Assembly: GCA_963555755.3 (NCBI GenBank)
Contig: OY820905.2
Location: 544,001-608,000, forward strand
DNA: 64,000 nucleotides
Reading direction: 5' to 3'
DNA from: Nitrospirales bacterium
GTDB taxonomy: Bacteria > Nitrospirota > Nitrospiria > Nitrospirales > UBA8639
Positions 40,351 through 50,583 of this stretch are shown here, in pieces. The notes below the pieces were generated by a model, which was not told where the DNA came from, ran no database searches, and saw only the letters and a list, made by a program, of their open reading frames with translations. Every line of letters starts with the position of its first letter. The stretch's first letter is position 1. The translations under genes were made by a program, and so were the position numbers.

Positions 40351-40639
40351 GAGCCTGTCCCAGATTAGACGAATCTACTGCGGATGCGCTGGATTTGGCC
40401 AGATCTTCCGAACCTTTTCGGGGAATGTTGAAACAGGCCGCCAGCTGCGTTCTCGGGCTTTTGGCGTGCTCACGTACTCCGTGTACGCTCCGCGCGCCAA
40501 AAGTCCTGCGGCCTTGCTGGACGGCCTTTTTGAACCTTCCCCGTTTTCGTTGAATAGTCCAACTATTCGCCTCAAACGGTCGAAACATCTGACTCAAACC
40601 AGCACATCCTCGCAACGATCGCTAATCTCGGACAGGCTC
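40351..40639. mobile_element. MITE family D with a nested palindromic repeat
   Basis: TIR GAGCCTGTCC..GATTAG / CTAATC..GGACAGGCTC; CTAG duplicated; inner element 40419-40543 with its own IR (CGGGGAA.GTT.AAA.AGGCCG) flanked by TTTT. Confidence 0.8.
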
Positions 40640-40643
40640 CTAG

Positions 40644-41090
40644 TCAGTATTCAAAAATTTTTTGAAAATGATCCTCTGCTTCTTCCCAAGCAGCGGAGTT
40701 GGTTTTCTGCAGCCAACCTTTGAGAAAGGCTTTTTGCTCCGCGGTTAACATCTGTTTGATTTGATGGGTTCGTCCTTGCAGCGGTTGCAAAAACCCAACA
40801 TTCTTTTTCGGATCCAGCGTGGCCGTCCGGACATAGACATTGGTATAGGCGGATGGGACATCATCCTCTCCTTCGCCCTGGAGCCACACGGAAAGATACT
40901 TATCCATATTTAACCCCGTACTATCTATTGCCGGTTCTGTTTCATGGAACAGATCATTTTCGGTCTGAGACAGCGGAGTGGCTTCATGAGCCCGGAAAAG
41001 AAAATTGTGATTCCACATCAGCCTGTTACCTGAACGAAACAGCGAGTTGATAAAAAATTTCGAATCCGGCCATATTGTCAAGGACCTCAA
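40644..41090 (-). CDS. Hypothetical protein
   Basis: 148-aa ORF; true start probably downstream (MWNHNF). Confidence 0.55.
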   Translation of the reverse strand: MRSLTIWPDSKFFINSLFRSGNRLMWNHNFLFRAHEATPLSQTENDLFHETEPAIDSTGLNMDKYLSVWLQGEGEDDVPSAYTNVYVRTATLDPKKNVGFLQPLQGRTHQIKQMLTAEQKAFLKGWLQKTNSAAWEEAEDHFQKIFEY

Positions 41091-41305
41091 TCGAAAGTCA
41101 ACTCTAAGAAGGGTTCCACTATCGAAGATTCATCTATTCCTTGAAGATCCTTCCTTGCTACAATTGCACCCTTAGGGTTTACTCATGAGGGATGATTCTG
41201 GTAATGTTTTTTTGAAAAATTTCCTACCCCCTCGAGACAACTTGATGTCAATGATTACATGACTATTTTTGGTTTTTTCATCCTAGGAGGAAGGAGTCAG
41301 TCTTT

Positions 41306-41914
41306 ATGAAACGATTCATACTACTTGGGGTTTTGATGAGCGTGATGACACTCGGCGGATGTGCAGGGTCAGGGGAAGTCTTTCAACTCCGCTTGCATGA
41401 TGTGATGCTTCCCTCCATGGAACAAGTCGGAGGGGACCTTTCGGTTGTGGTGTCCGATTTTAGCGATCAACGTCCTCAAACCGAACATCTTGGAAGTCAT
41501 GTCTGCATAACGGGCCACATAACCCATTTTGACCTTATGGATAGCAATCTTGGAAAAGACGTCTCAGATGCATTTGTGGATTTTCTTCAAAAATCAGGAT
41601 TTCAAGTAAACAGTGGTACGAGTGGAGCAGCGGATGTGCGCATTACGGGGAAAGTCACCACGTTTTCGGCCAACGCTACAGGGAAATTTCTTCGCACGAA
41701 CCTAGAGGTTGAGACGATCATGGAATTTGTCATTGCCAATGTGGCGGACGGCAGCACGATTCGCATGACGATCGGAGCCGGTGGAACAGACGATGTCACC
41801 TTTTTTGGTCCAGAGGACATGGAAACCCTCGTGAACGAAGTCCTCCAAGAAGGATTTGAGGAACTGCTCGAACAAACCGTCGTACAGGGGAAAACACTGC
41901 GCAGAAAAATTTAA
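41306..41914 (+). CDS. Putative lipoprotein (YajG-like)
   Basis: Lipobox LGGC; V.DF.D.RP; RBS AGGAG. Confidence 0.7.
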   Translation: MKRFILLGVLMSVMTLGGCAGSGEVFQLRLHDVMLPSMEQVGGDLSVVVSDFSDQRPQTEHLGSHVCITGHITHFDLMDSNLGKDVSDAFVDFLQKSGFQVNSGTSGAADVRITGKVTTFSANATGKFLRTNLEVETIMEFVIANVADGSTIRMTIGAGGTDDVTFFGPEDMETLVNEVLQEGFEELLEQTVVQGKTLRRKI

Positions 41915-42314
41915 CATGGTAAATCACAGACTTTGTTGATTTATCGCTCTTCGCATAAACCCGTACTGACTTTTTTTAATAAATTCCTCCTTATTCCTCC
42001 CCCCTTTGGAGGGGGGCTTGGAGGGATTTTCCTTTCAAGATCTGGCCAAGTTTGAAAAATACTTTCCACGTTCATTCGTCGGCCTTTGGTTTTCAAAGAT
42101 GCTGCAGTATGTGAAGTATAGTAAAATCCTTTCTACCCTCTTTTTCAAAGAGGAAGTCGCATAACACTCCTCACCATTATCCAATTTCCCACACCAATAC
42201 CCAACGCCCTACCCATGGCCTACGTTTCCGTACATGGCACATGCGCCCGTTGGCAGAAAATTTCGTGGTCGCATTTCCCCCCCCTTCCGGTTTTGGTCAA
42301 AACCTATTGAACCT

Positions 42315-43328
42315 ATATGCCTTCCCATTTGACTAAGGTTAGTCCCTAGACTAGTCTGCTGGACTATGGACACAGGGTATGCTGCTGATATCTTGGATTT
42401 TTCTGTTAGGTTCCACACCGAAGAAGCGTGCTTCGAGTACTTGCGGGCGATTCGGTGGCCAGACGGGTTTATGTGTCCAGCTTGCGGTCATCGCGGTGGT
42501 TGGTGGCTCAAAAAATATTTCCGGTTTGAGTGTTCGTCGTGTCATAGACAGACATCACCGCTAAGCGGCACAGTGATGCATAGATCGCACTTGCCGCTAC
42601 GGCTTTGGTTTTGGGCTGCCTATTTCGTCTCCACGCACACACCTGGCATCAGTGCTGTGCAATTGCAGCGTCAACTCAGTATCAAGAAGGTGGATAGCGC
42701 CTGGTATTTGCTCCACAGATTGCGACGAGGAATGGTACGACAGAACCGTGAACGGCTCGCAGGAACAGTTGAAGCCGATGAAACCCATATCGGTGGACCG
42801 GTAAAAGGCAAAACGGGCCGTGGCGTCGCGAAAGCGAAAACCAAGACGTTAATAGCCGGAGCCGTAGAAATTGTCACGTACACACAAGGGGATCACTTTC
42901 GAGAGAAAGCAGGGCGTTTACGATTAGCGATTCTTCAAGACGCTGGAGAGAACGAGATCAAAGCATTCCTCAATAGCCATGTCGCTGAGGGCAGTAAGAT
43001 CAAGTCCGATGGTTGGAAGGGATACTCGGCAAAAGCCTTGGCAGGATACGAACACCTGAGACGGACCCAGGGTGACCCAGCAAGTGCTGGGAAGCACGCT
43101 CCACACATCCATAGAGCGTTCGGCAATCTGCAGACCTGGCTGAACGGGATTCACCATGGAGTGGATTCAAAATACCTGCAACACTATCTTGATGAGTTTG
43201 TCTTTCGCTATAACCGCCGTGAGACTCCAATGAGTACCTTCCAGAGTTTGTTGAAAATCCTGACCAGCAGCTCAAAACCCTTGGGATTCAATAAACTGAA
43301 GCAACCTTAGTTAAATGGGAAGGCATAT
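42315..43328 (+). mobile_element. IS1595-family element
   Basis: ~26-bp IR ATATGCCTTCCCATTT[G/A]ACTAAGGTT; no clear TSD, so ends uncertain by about 4 bp. Confidence 0.85.
42366..43310 (+). CDS. IS1595-family transposase
   Basis: RWPDGF.CP.C Zn ribbon, VEADET, SDGW.GY, YLDEF.FRYNRR. Confidence 0.93.
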   Translation: MDTGYAADILDFSVRFHTEEACFEYLRAIRWPDGFMCPACGHRGGWWLKKYFRFECSSCHRQTSPLSGTVMHRSHLPLRLWFWAAYFVSTHTPGISAVQLQRQLSIKKVDSAWYLLHRLRRGMVRQNRERLAGTVEADETHIGGPVKGKTGRGVAKAKTKTLIAGAVEIVTYTQGDHFREKAGRLRLAILQDAGENEIKAFLNSHVAEGSKIKSDGWKGYSAKALAGYEHLRRTQGDPASAGKHAPHIHRAFGNLQTWLNGIHHGVDSKYLQHYLDEFVFRYNRRETPMSTFQSLLKILTSSSKPLGFNKLKQP

Positions 43329-43336
43329 CACTCAAA

Positions 43337-44251
43337 ATGGTTCTGAGTCCGCATTTTAATCTCTTTTCAGTTGATAACGCCGAAGTGGCGCTCAATATAT
43401 TGAAAGAGCAACCCATTGATTTGGTCACACTTGATCTGAAACTCCCTGGTGAGCAGGGCATGGCAGTATTGGAAAAGATCCGGGAAGAAGGCCTGAACAC
43501 CGAAGTCATTATTATCACCGGGTACGGAACACTTGAGTCAGCAGTAAAGTCCATACAACATGGCGTGGCTGCCTATGTGGTCAAACCGTTCAACGTCGAT
43601 GAACTCCTAGGCATGATTCATAAAACGCTTGATCGCCGCCGAGACGTAGATTCGCTACGAAGCTCCTTAGAAGCGTTTAGCTCCTTATGGGTTCCTCAGA
43701 GTGGACCGGCATCAACAACAGAAAAACTCGAAACACTCCTTGGTGCCAAAAATCCTGAATTAGCTCGACATGGTAAACGCGTACACTATTATGTGACGTT
43801 GTTACTGGAACACCTCGAGATCCCCACCACGAACAAGGAGGGCATTCAATTGGGTGCGCTCCTGCATGATATCGGACAACTCGGGCTTCGAGATCGAGTG
43901 GCTCTGGGATCTTCCCTACACACAACGGAGGAGACGGATCTCCTCACTTGCCATCCATCGATTGGAGAACGGATGCTCCAATCCATGACATTTCCAGAAG
44001 AAACACGTGCGGTCATTCGCTCACACCATGAACGATATGACGGAACCGGGTTTCCCGACCATCTTCAAGGAGACGGCATTCCTTTGGCTGCACGGATTGT
44101 CGGCATTGCCAACACCTTCGACAATTTGGTGTCAGGTGGGAAGAACGTCGCTCCAATCACCGTACCCGAAGCTCGCGAACACATCCGACGCGAGGCCGGA
44201 CATACGCTTGATCCGAAGCTTGGGAAACTCTTTGCCAAAATCGTCGGGTAA
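43337..44251 (+). CDS. Response regulator with HD-GYP domain, N-terminally truncated by IS1595
   Basis: VTLDLKLPG, IITGYG, KPF; LLHDIG, HHERYDGTGFP; first receiver strand (acidic pair) absent. Confidence 0.8.
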   Translation: MVLSPHFNLFSVDNAEVALNILKEQPIDLVTLDLKLPGEQGMAVLEKIREEGLNTEVIIITGYGTLESAVKSIQHGVAAYVVKPFNVDELLGMIHKTLDRRRDVDSLRSSLEAFSSLWVPQSGPASTTEKLETLLGAKNPELARHGKRVHYYVTLLLEHLEIPTTNKEGIQLGALLHDIGQLGLRDRVALGSSLHTTEETDLLTCHPSIGERMLQSMTFPEETRAVIRSHHERYDGTGFPDHLQGDGIPLAARIVGIANTFDNLVSGGKNVAPITVPEAREHIRREAGHTLDPKLGKLFAKIVG

Positions 44252-44318
44252 ATTAACACCGCGATCCCTTAAGGGGCCGTTGAGAAAGTCCCAACGAGAT
44301 TAGCAAGCCTTTTACCAA

Positions 44319-44498
44319 GGACCTGCGAGAAAATAATTTGATTAATATCGCGCCAAGATTTGGGTCGGATTTGGACGGAACGATTGAGAAATACCCGAGG
44401 CATAGCACAGCTATGGTAAGGGTGTTTCGATTGAGGCCCGTTCAAAGATGGCCCGAAGATTGGATGCGAGATTGATCAAATTATTTTCTCGCAGGTCC
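44319..44498. mobile_element. MITE family A, copy 2
   Basis: Perfect 24-bp TIR GGACCTGCGAGAAAATAATTTGAT; flanks CAA / TAA; reverse homolog of 527-705. Confidence 0.85.
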
Positions 44499-44509
44499 TA
44501 AGATGACCC

Positions 44510-46998
44510 ATGAGTAAAATTCATCAGACACAACAACAATTGACCGACGAAGTGACGGTCCTGAAAGATCGAATCGCGCAACTCGAAGCGAGTGAAGTCA
44601 ACCGGAAACGTGCCGAACTGACCTTACGTGCGGCTGCCGAAGAATGGGAGCAATCATTTAACGCCCTGACGGATGAAGTCATGATCTTGGACAAATCCGG
44701 AACCGTGCTCTGGGGTAATAAAGCCGTCCACGACCGATTTGAACCGACTCATGGGAATGTACTCGGGCTCAACTACCGGATGTTGTATTACGGCAGCCTT
44801 CACCCGGATGTCCGTCCGCCCTGGGATTCCGTATTACATGGAGCCCTATCCGCGGCAGTGGAAATCTCTTTACCCAAACTGAATGGATGGTTTTCCGTCT
44901 CCTGTTATCCTCTCTGCGACATCGAAGGCAAACAATGGGGCGCCATCTCGATCATCAAGGATATTACCGACCGCCGTCGTGTCGAAGAAGCCCTCCGTGA
45001 TATTGCTCAAGGTGCCCCTGCTGCTGGGGGAGCTGCGTTCTTTCGCGCGTTAGCCAAAGACCTCGCCAAAGCGCTCGATGTCCAATACGCATTTCTTGCC
45101 GAGTTTCCCGATGCGCATCGCACCATGGCACAAACGGTGGCAGTTTGGGCTCAAGGACAATTCACTGATAATTTTTCCTGGGACATGGTGAATTCACCTG
45201 GGCCTCACATTCTTCACAATAAAACGCCCTCCTGGGGACAGGATGCGCAGCGACATTACCCCTTGGATCTCTTGTTGGCCAAATGGAATATCAATAGTTT
45301 TATTGGCATTCCCCTCCTAAACTCCAAGGAAAACATCATTGGCCTCATTGTCGCAATGGATCCTGGGCCACTACGAAATTTGCAATTAGCTCAATCCATT
45401 CTTGGAGTCTTTGCTGTGCGTGCCGCCAGTGAATTGGAACGCAAGCGCGCCGAAGAAGCGTTACGAGATAATGAAGAACGCTATCGAGCCATCGCCGAAC
45501 ATGCCTACGATTTAATTTTTGAAATCCAACCTAATGGATCCTTGCTGTATTTAAGCCCGAGTTGTGGGGATGTCCTCGGGTATGATCGGAATGAATTCCG
45601 TCAATATAATTTTCTCGATCTGCTCCACCCTGATGATCAACGTATTATCAATCCTGAGTTTGAGGACAATATCCGATCACTGCACGATTTGCAGATGGAA
45701 TGTCGGCTTCATCATCAATCGGGAGAGTGGCGGTGGTTTGAAAGTCACGTCAAACCCTTCAGGACCACAACAGGAGACATCGTGGCCGTGGTGGTGTCAC
45801 GAGATATTACCGAACGCCGACGAATGGATGAAGAACGTGTTCGTGCCACCAAATTGGAATCGATTGGAATCTTGGCTGGAGGCATTGCCCACGACTTCAA
45901 TAATATTTTGACTGCCGTATTTGCGAATATCGGGTTAGCGAAAATGTTATCGGCTAAAGAAGGCGCAAGTTTGAATCCGTCAATAGTTGAACGTTTAACG
46001 GCGGCAGAAAAAGCCTGTCTGCGTGCGAGGGACCTCACCAAACAACTTCTCACATTCGCCAAAGGTGGCACTCCCGAAAAAATCGGGCATCCGTCGCGCG
46101 GTTTATCATCGAAACGGCAGAGTTTGCCCTGCGTGGGTCAAATGTTCGGTGTGACCTGACCTTGCCGGACCACTTATGGTCCGTGGAGGTTGATGAAGGG
46201 CAAATGAGTCAGGTGATTCAAAATCTTATTATCAACGCGGACCATGCGATGCCGGATGGTGGAATCATCCAGATTAAAGCTGAAAATATTGCCGTGGATT
46301 CCTTGCATGGGCTTCCCATCAAATCCGGCCAATATGTTAAAGTATCAATTCAAGATCAGGGGTCGGGCATCCAGCCTGAAAACCTCTCAAAAATTTTCGA
46401 CCCCTATTACACCACCAAGCAAAAAGGAAATGGGTTAGGCCTCGCGACGACGTATTCCATCATCAAGCGTCACGAAGGATATATTACCGTTCAATCGGAA
46501 CCTGGCATCGGCACCAATTTCGTGTTTTATGTGCCCGCGGTTGAAAAAGGAGAGCCTGAAATCGTTGTTGAGGAATCACGAGTCATGCAGGGATCTGGCC
46601 GATTGCTGGTCATGGAAGATGAAGAGGACATCCGAGATATCCTAGGTACGATGTTAGTCCATTTGGGTTATGAGGTAGATTTTGCTACTGATGGAGCCGT
46701 CGCGATTGAACTCTACCGGAAAGCACAAGAGGCGGGGAAACCGTTTACGGCTACCATTTTGGACCTGACCATTCCAGGGGGAGTGGGGGGACGAGAAGCC
46801 ATTCAGCACCTTAAGGCTCTTGACCCGAATGTGGTGGCGCTAGTCTCGAGTGGGTATTCGAATGATCCGGTGATTGCCACCCCGGAACAATTTGGATTTA
46901 AAGGTATGGTGGCAAAACCCTATAATCTGTCCGACTTGGGTAAGGCTTTGGACCGGGCATTGGGAAACGATAACCAGACGACAACCTCACCGTCCTGA
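44510..46998 (+). pseudogene. PAS-GAF-PAS hybrid sensor kinase/receiver split by a 1-nt frameshift
   Basis: AGGIAHDFNN H-box in ORF 44510..46159; HATPase and receiver in ORF 46162..46998; adding one A to the A6 run at 46077-46082 gives a continuous frame. Confidence 0.8.
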
Positions 46999-48024
46999 AG
47001 AAAACTCTCCAGCGATTTCTTGTGGAGTAAAGACCCCTCGTTCCGTAATAATTCCTGTTACATATTCTGCCGGTGTCATATCAAACGCTGGATTCAAAAC
47101 CTTCACGTTGTCCGGTGCAATACACTTGCTCCCATGCACAGACAGCACTTCCGCTCGGTTTCGTTCTTCAATCGGAATGGCATCCCCGGTCGGTGTTGCG
47201 ATATCAATGGTCGAAGACGGTGCGGCAACATAGAAGGGAATACCATGGACTTTCGCCAAGACCGCAATGGAATAGGTCCCGATCTTATTGGCCACGTCGC
47301 CATTGGCCGCAATCCGGTCAGCCCCCACCACACATACCTGGATTTTTCCCTGACGCATGAACGATCCTGCCATGTTGTCAGTAATCAATGTCACCGGAAT
47401 ACCATCTTGCATCAGCTCCCATACCGTGAGTCGAGCGCCTTGCAAGACGGGCCGTGTTTCATCAGCCAATACCTGAATGTTCTTGCCTGATTCCCACGCT
47501 GCTCGAACCACTCCTAAGGCCGTACCATATCCTGCGGTGGCCAGTGCGCCGGCATTACAATGGGTAAGAATTGTCTGGCCATCTCGAATCAGTTGGGCTC
47601 CATGCTGTCCGATGGTTCGGCACATCGCAATATCTTCTTGCTGGATAGCAATAGCTTCATTCACCAGATGGGTTTGGATGTCTTCGATAGAGCAGTCACG
47701 GTTCTTGTCAAACACACGTTTCATCCGTTCAATGGCCCAAAACAGATTCACGGCTGTCGGACGGGTCGTCGCGAGATGATCGCAAATCTTCAAAACCGCA
47801 GCCCTAAACTCCCGATGATCAGAACATTGAACCGCCTGAGCCCCAAGTGCGACGCCCATAGCAGCCGTCACACCAATCGCCGGCGCTCCCCTCACGCGTA
47901 GTTCTCGAATCGCATCAGCCACGGTGGAATAGTCATGACAGTCGAGAATTTCCACCTGCCCGGGCAACTTGCTCTGGTCAAGCAAACGAACCACACCATC
48001 TTTCCATTCAACTGTCGGGATCAT
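46987..48024 (-). CDS. mtnA: S-methyl-5-thioribose-1-phosphate isomerase
   Basis: [49 protein letters not shown]. Confidence 0.96.
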   Translation of the reverse strand: MIPTVEWKDGVVRLLDQSKLPGQVEILDCHDYSTVADAIRELRVRGAPAIGVTAAMGVALGAQAVQCSDHREFRAAVLKICDHLATTRPTAVNLFWAIERMKRVFDKNRDCSIEDIQTHLVNEAIAIQQEDIAMCRTIGQHGAQLIRDGQTILTHCNAGALATAGYGTALGVVRAAWESGKNIQVLADETRPVLQGARLTVWELMQDGIPVTLITDNMAGSFMRQGKIQVCVVGADRIAANGDVANKIGTYSIAVLAKVHGIPFYVAAPSSTIDIATPTGDAIPIEERNRAEVLSVHGSKCIAPDNVKVLNPAFDMTPAEYVTGIITERGVFTPQEIAGEFSSGR

Positions 48025-48223
48025 GAATCTGGTCCTTCCTTCTAACCGTATGAACACTGTTAAGAATTTTACATTTCAACTAGTACATCCCAAAGCTCCC
48101 TCGCCCCTGTGGGGAGACCTGCCGGCGCGCCGGCGCGCTTTGGCGAAGGCGTGGGGTGAGGAGTTAGCCCGTCAAGAAGTTAAAATTCTAAATCAGTTTT
48201 GCCTGCCGTAAATCCGTCGGACT

Positions 48224-49675
48224 TTACCCTTTGATATTCCCAATTGGCAAGAGTTCCGCCACTTTCTTCGTGATGCCGGCAGTCTCGACCGCTTCAACAA
48301 CCTCGGAAATATTCTTATACGCGAGTCCCGCTTCTTCAGCCAATCCAGACATGGAAACCGCTTTCACAATGATTCCTCTTCGGGCCATATCCTGTAGCAA
48401 TTGGGACCCACGCACCTGCCGTTTCGCTTTGGCTCGGGACATCGTGCGGCCAGCACCATGCATGGTTGAGCCAAACGATTCCTCCATCGCTTGTGATGTG
48501 CCGACTAAAAGATAGGACCCGGTTTCCATCGAACCACCACAGATCACCGGCTGCCCAATATGCCGAAAGGCATCCGGAAGTTCGGGGGATCCAGGACCAA
48601 ACGCGCGTGTCGCCCCTTTCCGGTGAACTAGCAAGGGCTTATCGTGATACCGTTCCACCTTGGCAATGTTGTGGGCCACGTCATAGACCTGATGCATGCC
48701 CATTGACTCGGGAGATTGTTGAAAGACCGTGCGAAACGCCTCACGAATTTGATGGGCAATCACCTGACGGTTGGCAAAGGCCATATTCGCTGCACAATTC
48801 ATCGCAGAAAAATATTCTTGCCCTTCCGGCGATTGAAACGGCGCACAGGCTAATTGTTGATCTTTCACAGACAGGCCATATCGTCTCATGGCTTTTTCAA
48901 AAATCCGAAGATAATCCGTCCCGACTTGATGCCCAAAACCTCGTGAGCCACAATGCACCATGATCACAATCTGCTCATGGCCGTGAATGCCAAGCGCTTC
49001 CGCCACGGCATGATCATAAATCCGGTCATGATGAACGACCTGCACTTCCAAGTAATGGTTGCCCGCCCCTAAGGTTCCCAATTGGTGCATGCCGCGTTTC
49101 AGCGCTTGTTCCGAAATGCAATCCGGATCGGCGCTCCCAAGACAACCTTGCTCTTCAGTATGGGATAAATCTCCAGGCCACCCATAGCCCTGTTCCACAC
49201 TCCAACGTGCGCCTTTTCGCATGACCTCATGGAAACTTTTGGCATTGAGCTTGACGAAGCCCCTGCAACCCACCCCCGCCGGCACATTGCGAAATAGTTC
49301 AGTCATCAACGCATCTAATCGTGGACGCACATCGGCCAACGTCAAATCCGTGCGGATAAGGCGCATCCCGCAATTGATGTCGTAACCCACCCCACCCGGA
49401 GAAATAATGCCGTGTTGCACATCAAACGCCGCCACCCCACCGATGGGAAAACCATATCCCCAATGACCATCCGGCATACACAGGGCATACCTCTGAATGC
49501 CGGGTAAACACGCGACATTCGTCACTTGTTCAAACACACCAACATCCATGTCCTGTATGCCAGCTTCCGTGGCATAAATACGGGCCGGAACCTGCATGCC
49601 CGATTTCTCCGACATCGGGATTTCCCACAAAGCATCGGACAACCGGTTCACCATCATATGGGTTGAGAAGTTCAT
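48224..49675 (-). CDS. rtcB: RNA 2',3'-cyclic phosphate/5'-OH ligase RtcB
   Basis: PDGH.GYGFPIG, GYDINCG, GTLG.GNHY.E, HCGSRG, HRKGAT, HGAGR, EEA..AYK. Confidence 0.96.
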   Translation of the reverse strand: MNFSTHMMVNRLSDALWEIPMSEKSGMQVPARIYATEAGIQDMDVGVFEQVTNVACLPGIQRYALCMPDGHWGYGFPIGGVAAFDVQHGIISPGGVGYDINCGMRLIRTDLTLADVRPRLDALMTELFRNVPAGVGCRGFVKLNAKSFHEVMRKGARWSVEQGYGWPGDLSHTEEQGCLGSADPDCISEQALKRGMHQLGTLGAGNHYLEVQVVHHDRIYDHAVAEALGIHGHEQIVIMVHCGSRGFGHQVGTDYLRIFEKAMRRYGLSVKDQQLACAPFQSPEGQEYFSAMNCAANMAFANRQVIAHQIREAFRTVFQQSPESMGMHQVYDVAHNIAKVERYHDKPLLVHRKGATRAFGPGSPELPDAFRHIGQPVICGGSMETGSYLLVGTSQAMEESFGSTMHGAGRTMSRAKAKRQVRGSQLLQDMARRGIIVKAVSMSGLAEEAGLAYKNISEVVEAVETAGITKKVAELLPIGNIKG

Positions 49676-49934
49676 GAAAAGATAACGCTTTTTTCCTCTA
49701 AAAAAACTTAGATGTGGTATTTCATGGCCTTGTTTGCAATTTGGTCATGTAAATCCCTTTATTCCCCAATGCTTTGCGACTGGGTTACCATGGAGGTCCC
49801 CCCTTTGGAAAAGGGGGTTAGGGGGATTTTCTAATCATAAAAGTACCCCGTGGATTGCGAGGGGGGATCTTTATTTTATTTCAGATTTCGATATTCGAGT
49901 TTCGGATTTGTTCAATATATTTTTGCACAGAACC

Positions 49935-50402
49935 TTATACATCTAACACAACTCGGGCTCGATAATGGCCAGGTTCTGTATGCACTTCGTACAGATGCTT
50001 CGTGACCGCTTTGACATCGGCGCGGAGTTCTTGAGTCGTGCCATCAATACTAGCCCCCACGATCATCCCCCGAACATGCCAAGTTTGGGCACCCGTATCC
50101 TGCCATACCTCAGCCTGTATATCATGAAATAACACCGCCTCGGCATCTTTGAGAAACACAAAGGTAGACAACCATTCAAATAAAAGATCTTGGAGGGTTG
50201 GTTGAACCAACTGTACTTCATGGTTCCACTGTGTGCCCACTGTGCGTGGGTTCACCATAGCCTCCAGCAGGGCCCCGCCGGCTTCAATAAATAATTCTGA
50301 GGGGGATGCACCCCAAGCGTCAAACGCCAAATCAGCCAGAGCGATATCTTCAAGGAACCGAAATCCTTTGCCCATAGGGATTAGATTGAACTCTTTCCGC
50401 AT
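49935..50402 (-). CDS. Archease
   Basis: F.FLED...AD..F.A.G, L...L.....L.D, DVKAVT.H, V.LDV C-terminus; upstream of rtcB. Confidence 0.9.
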   Translation of the reverse strand: MRKEFNLIPMGKGFRFLEDIALADLAFDAWGASPSELFIEAGGALLEAMVNPRTVGTQWNHEVQLVQPTLQDLLFEWLSTFVFLKDAEAVLFHDIQAEVWQDTGAQTWHVRGMIVGASIDGTTQELRADVKAVTKHLYEVHTEPGHYRARVVLDV

Positions 50403-50583
50403 GAATGAAAGGAATGAATGGTCATCTCCCTAATAAAAACACAGTATAACAGAATCCCATAGAGTGACGAATACCACCATTTTGGAAAATTCCAAAGCAA
50501 AAAATAACAGATGGAAAGAACCGCGGGTTTGGGGTCACATACGATTTGGGATCAGAGTTTGGGCCAAGTTTGGGGTCAGGCCT

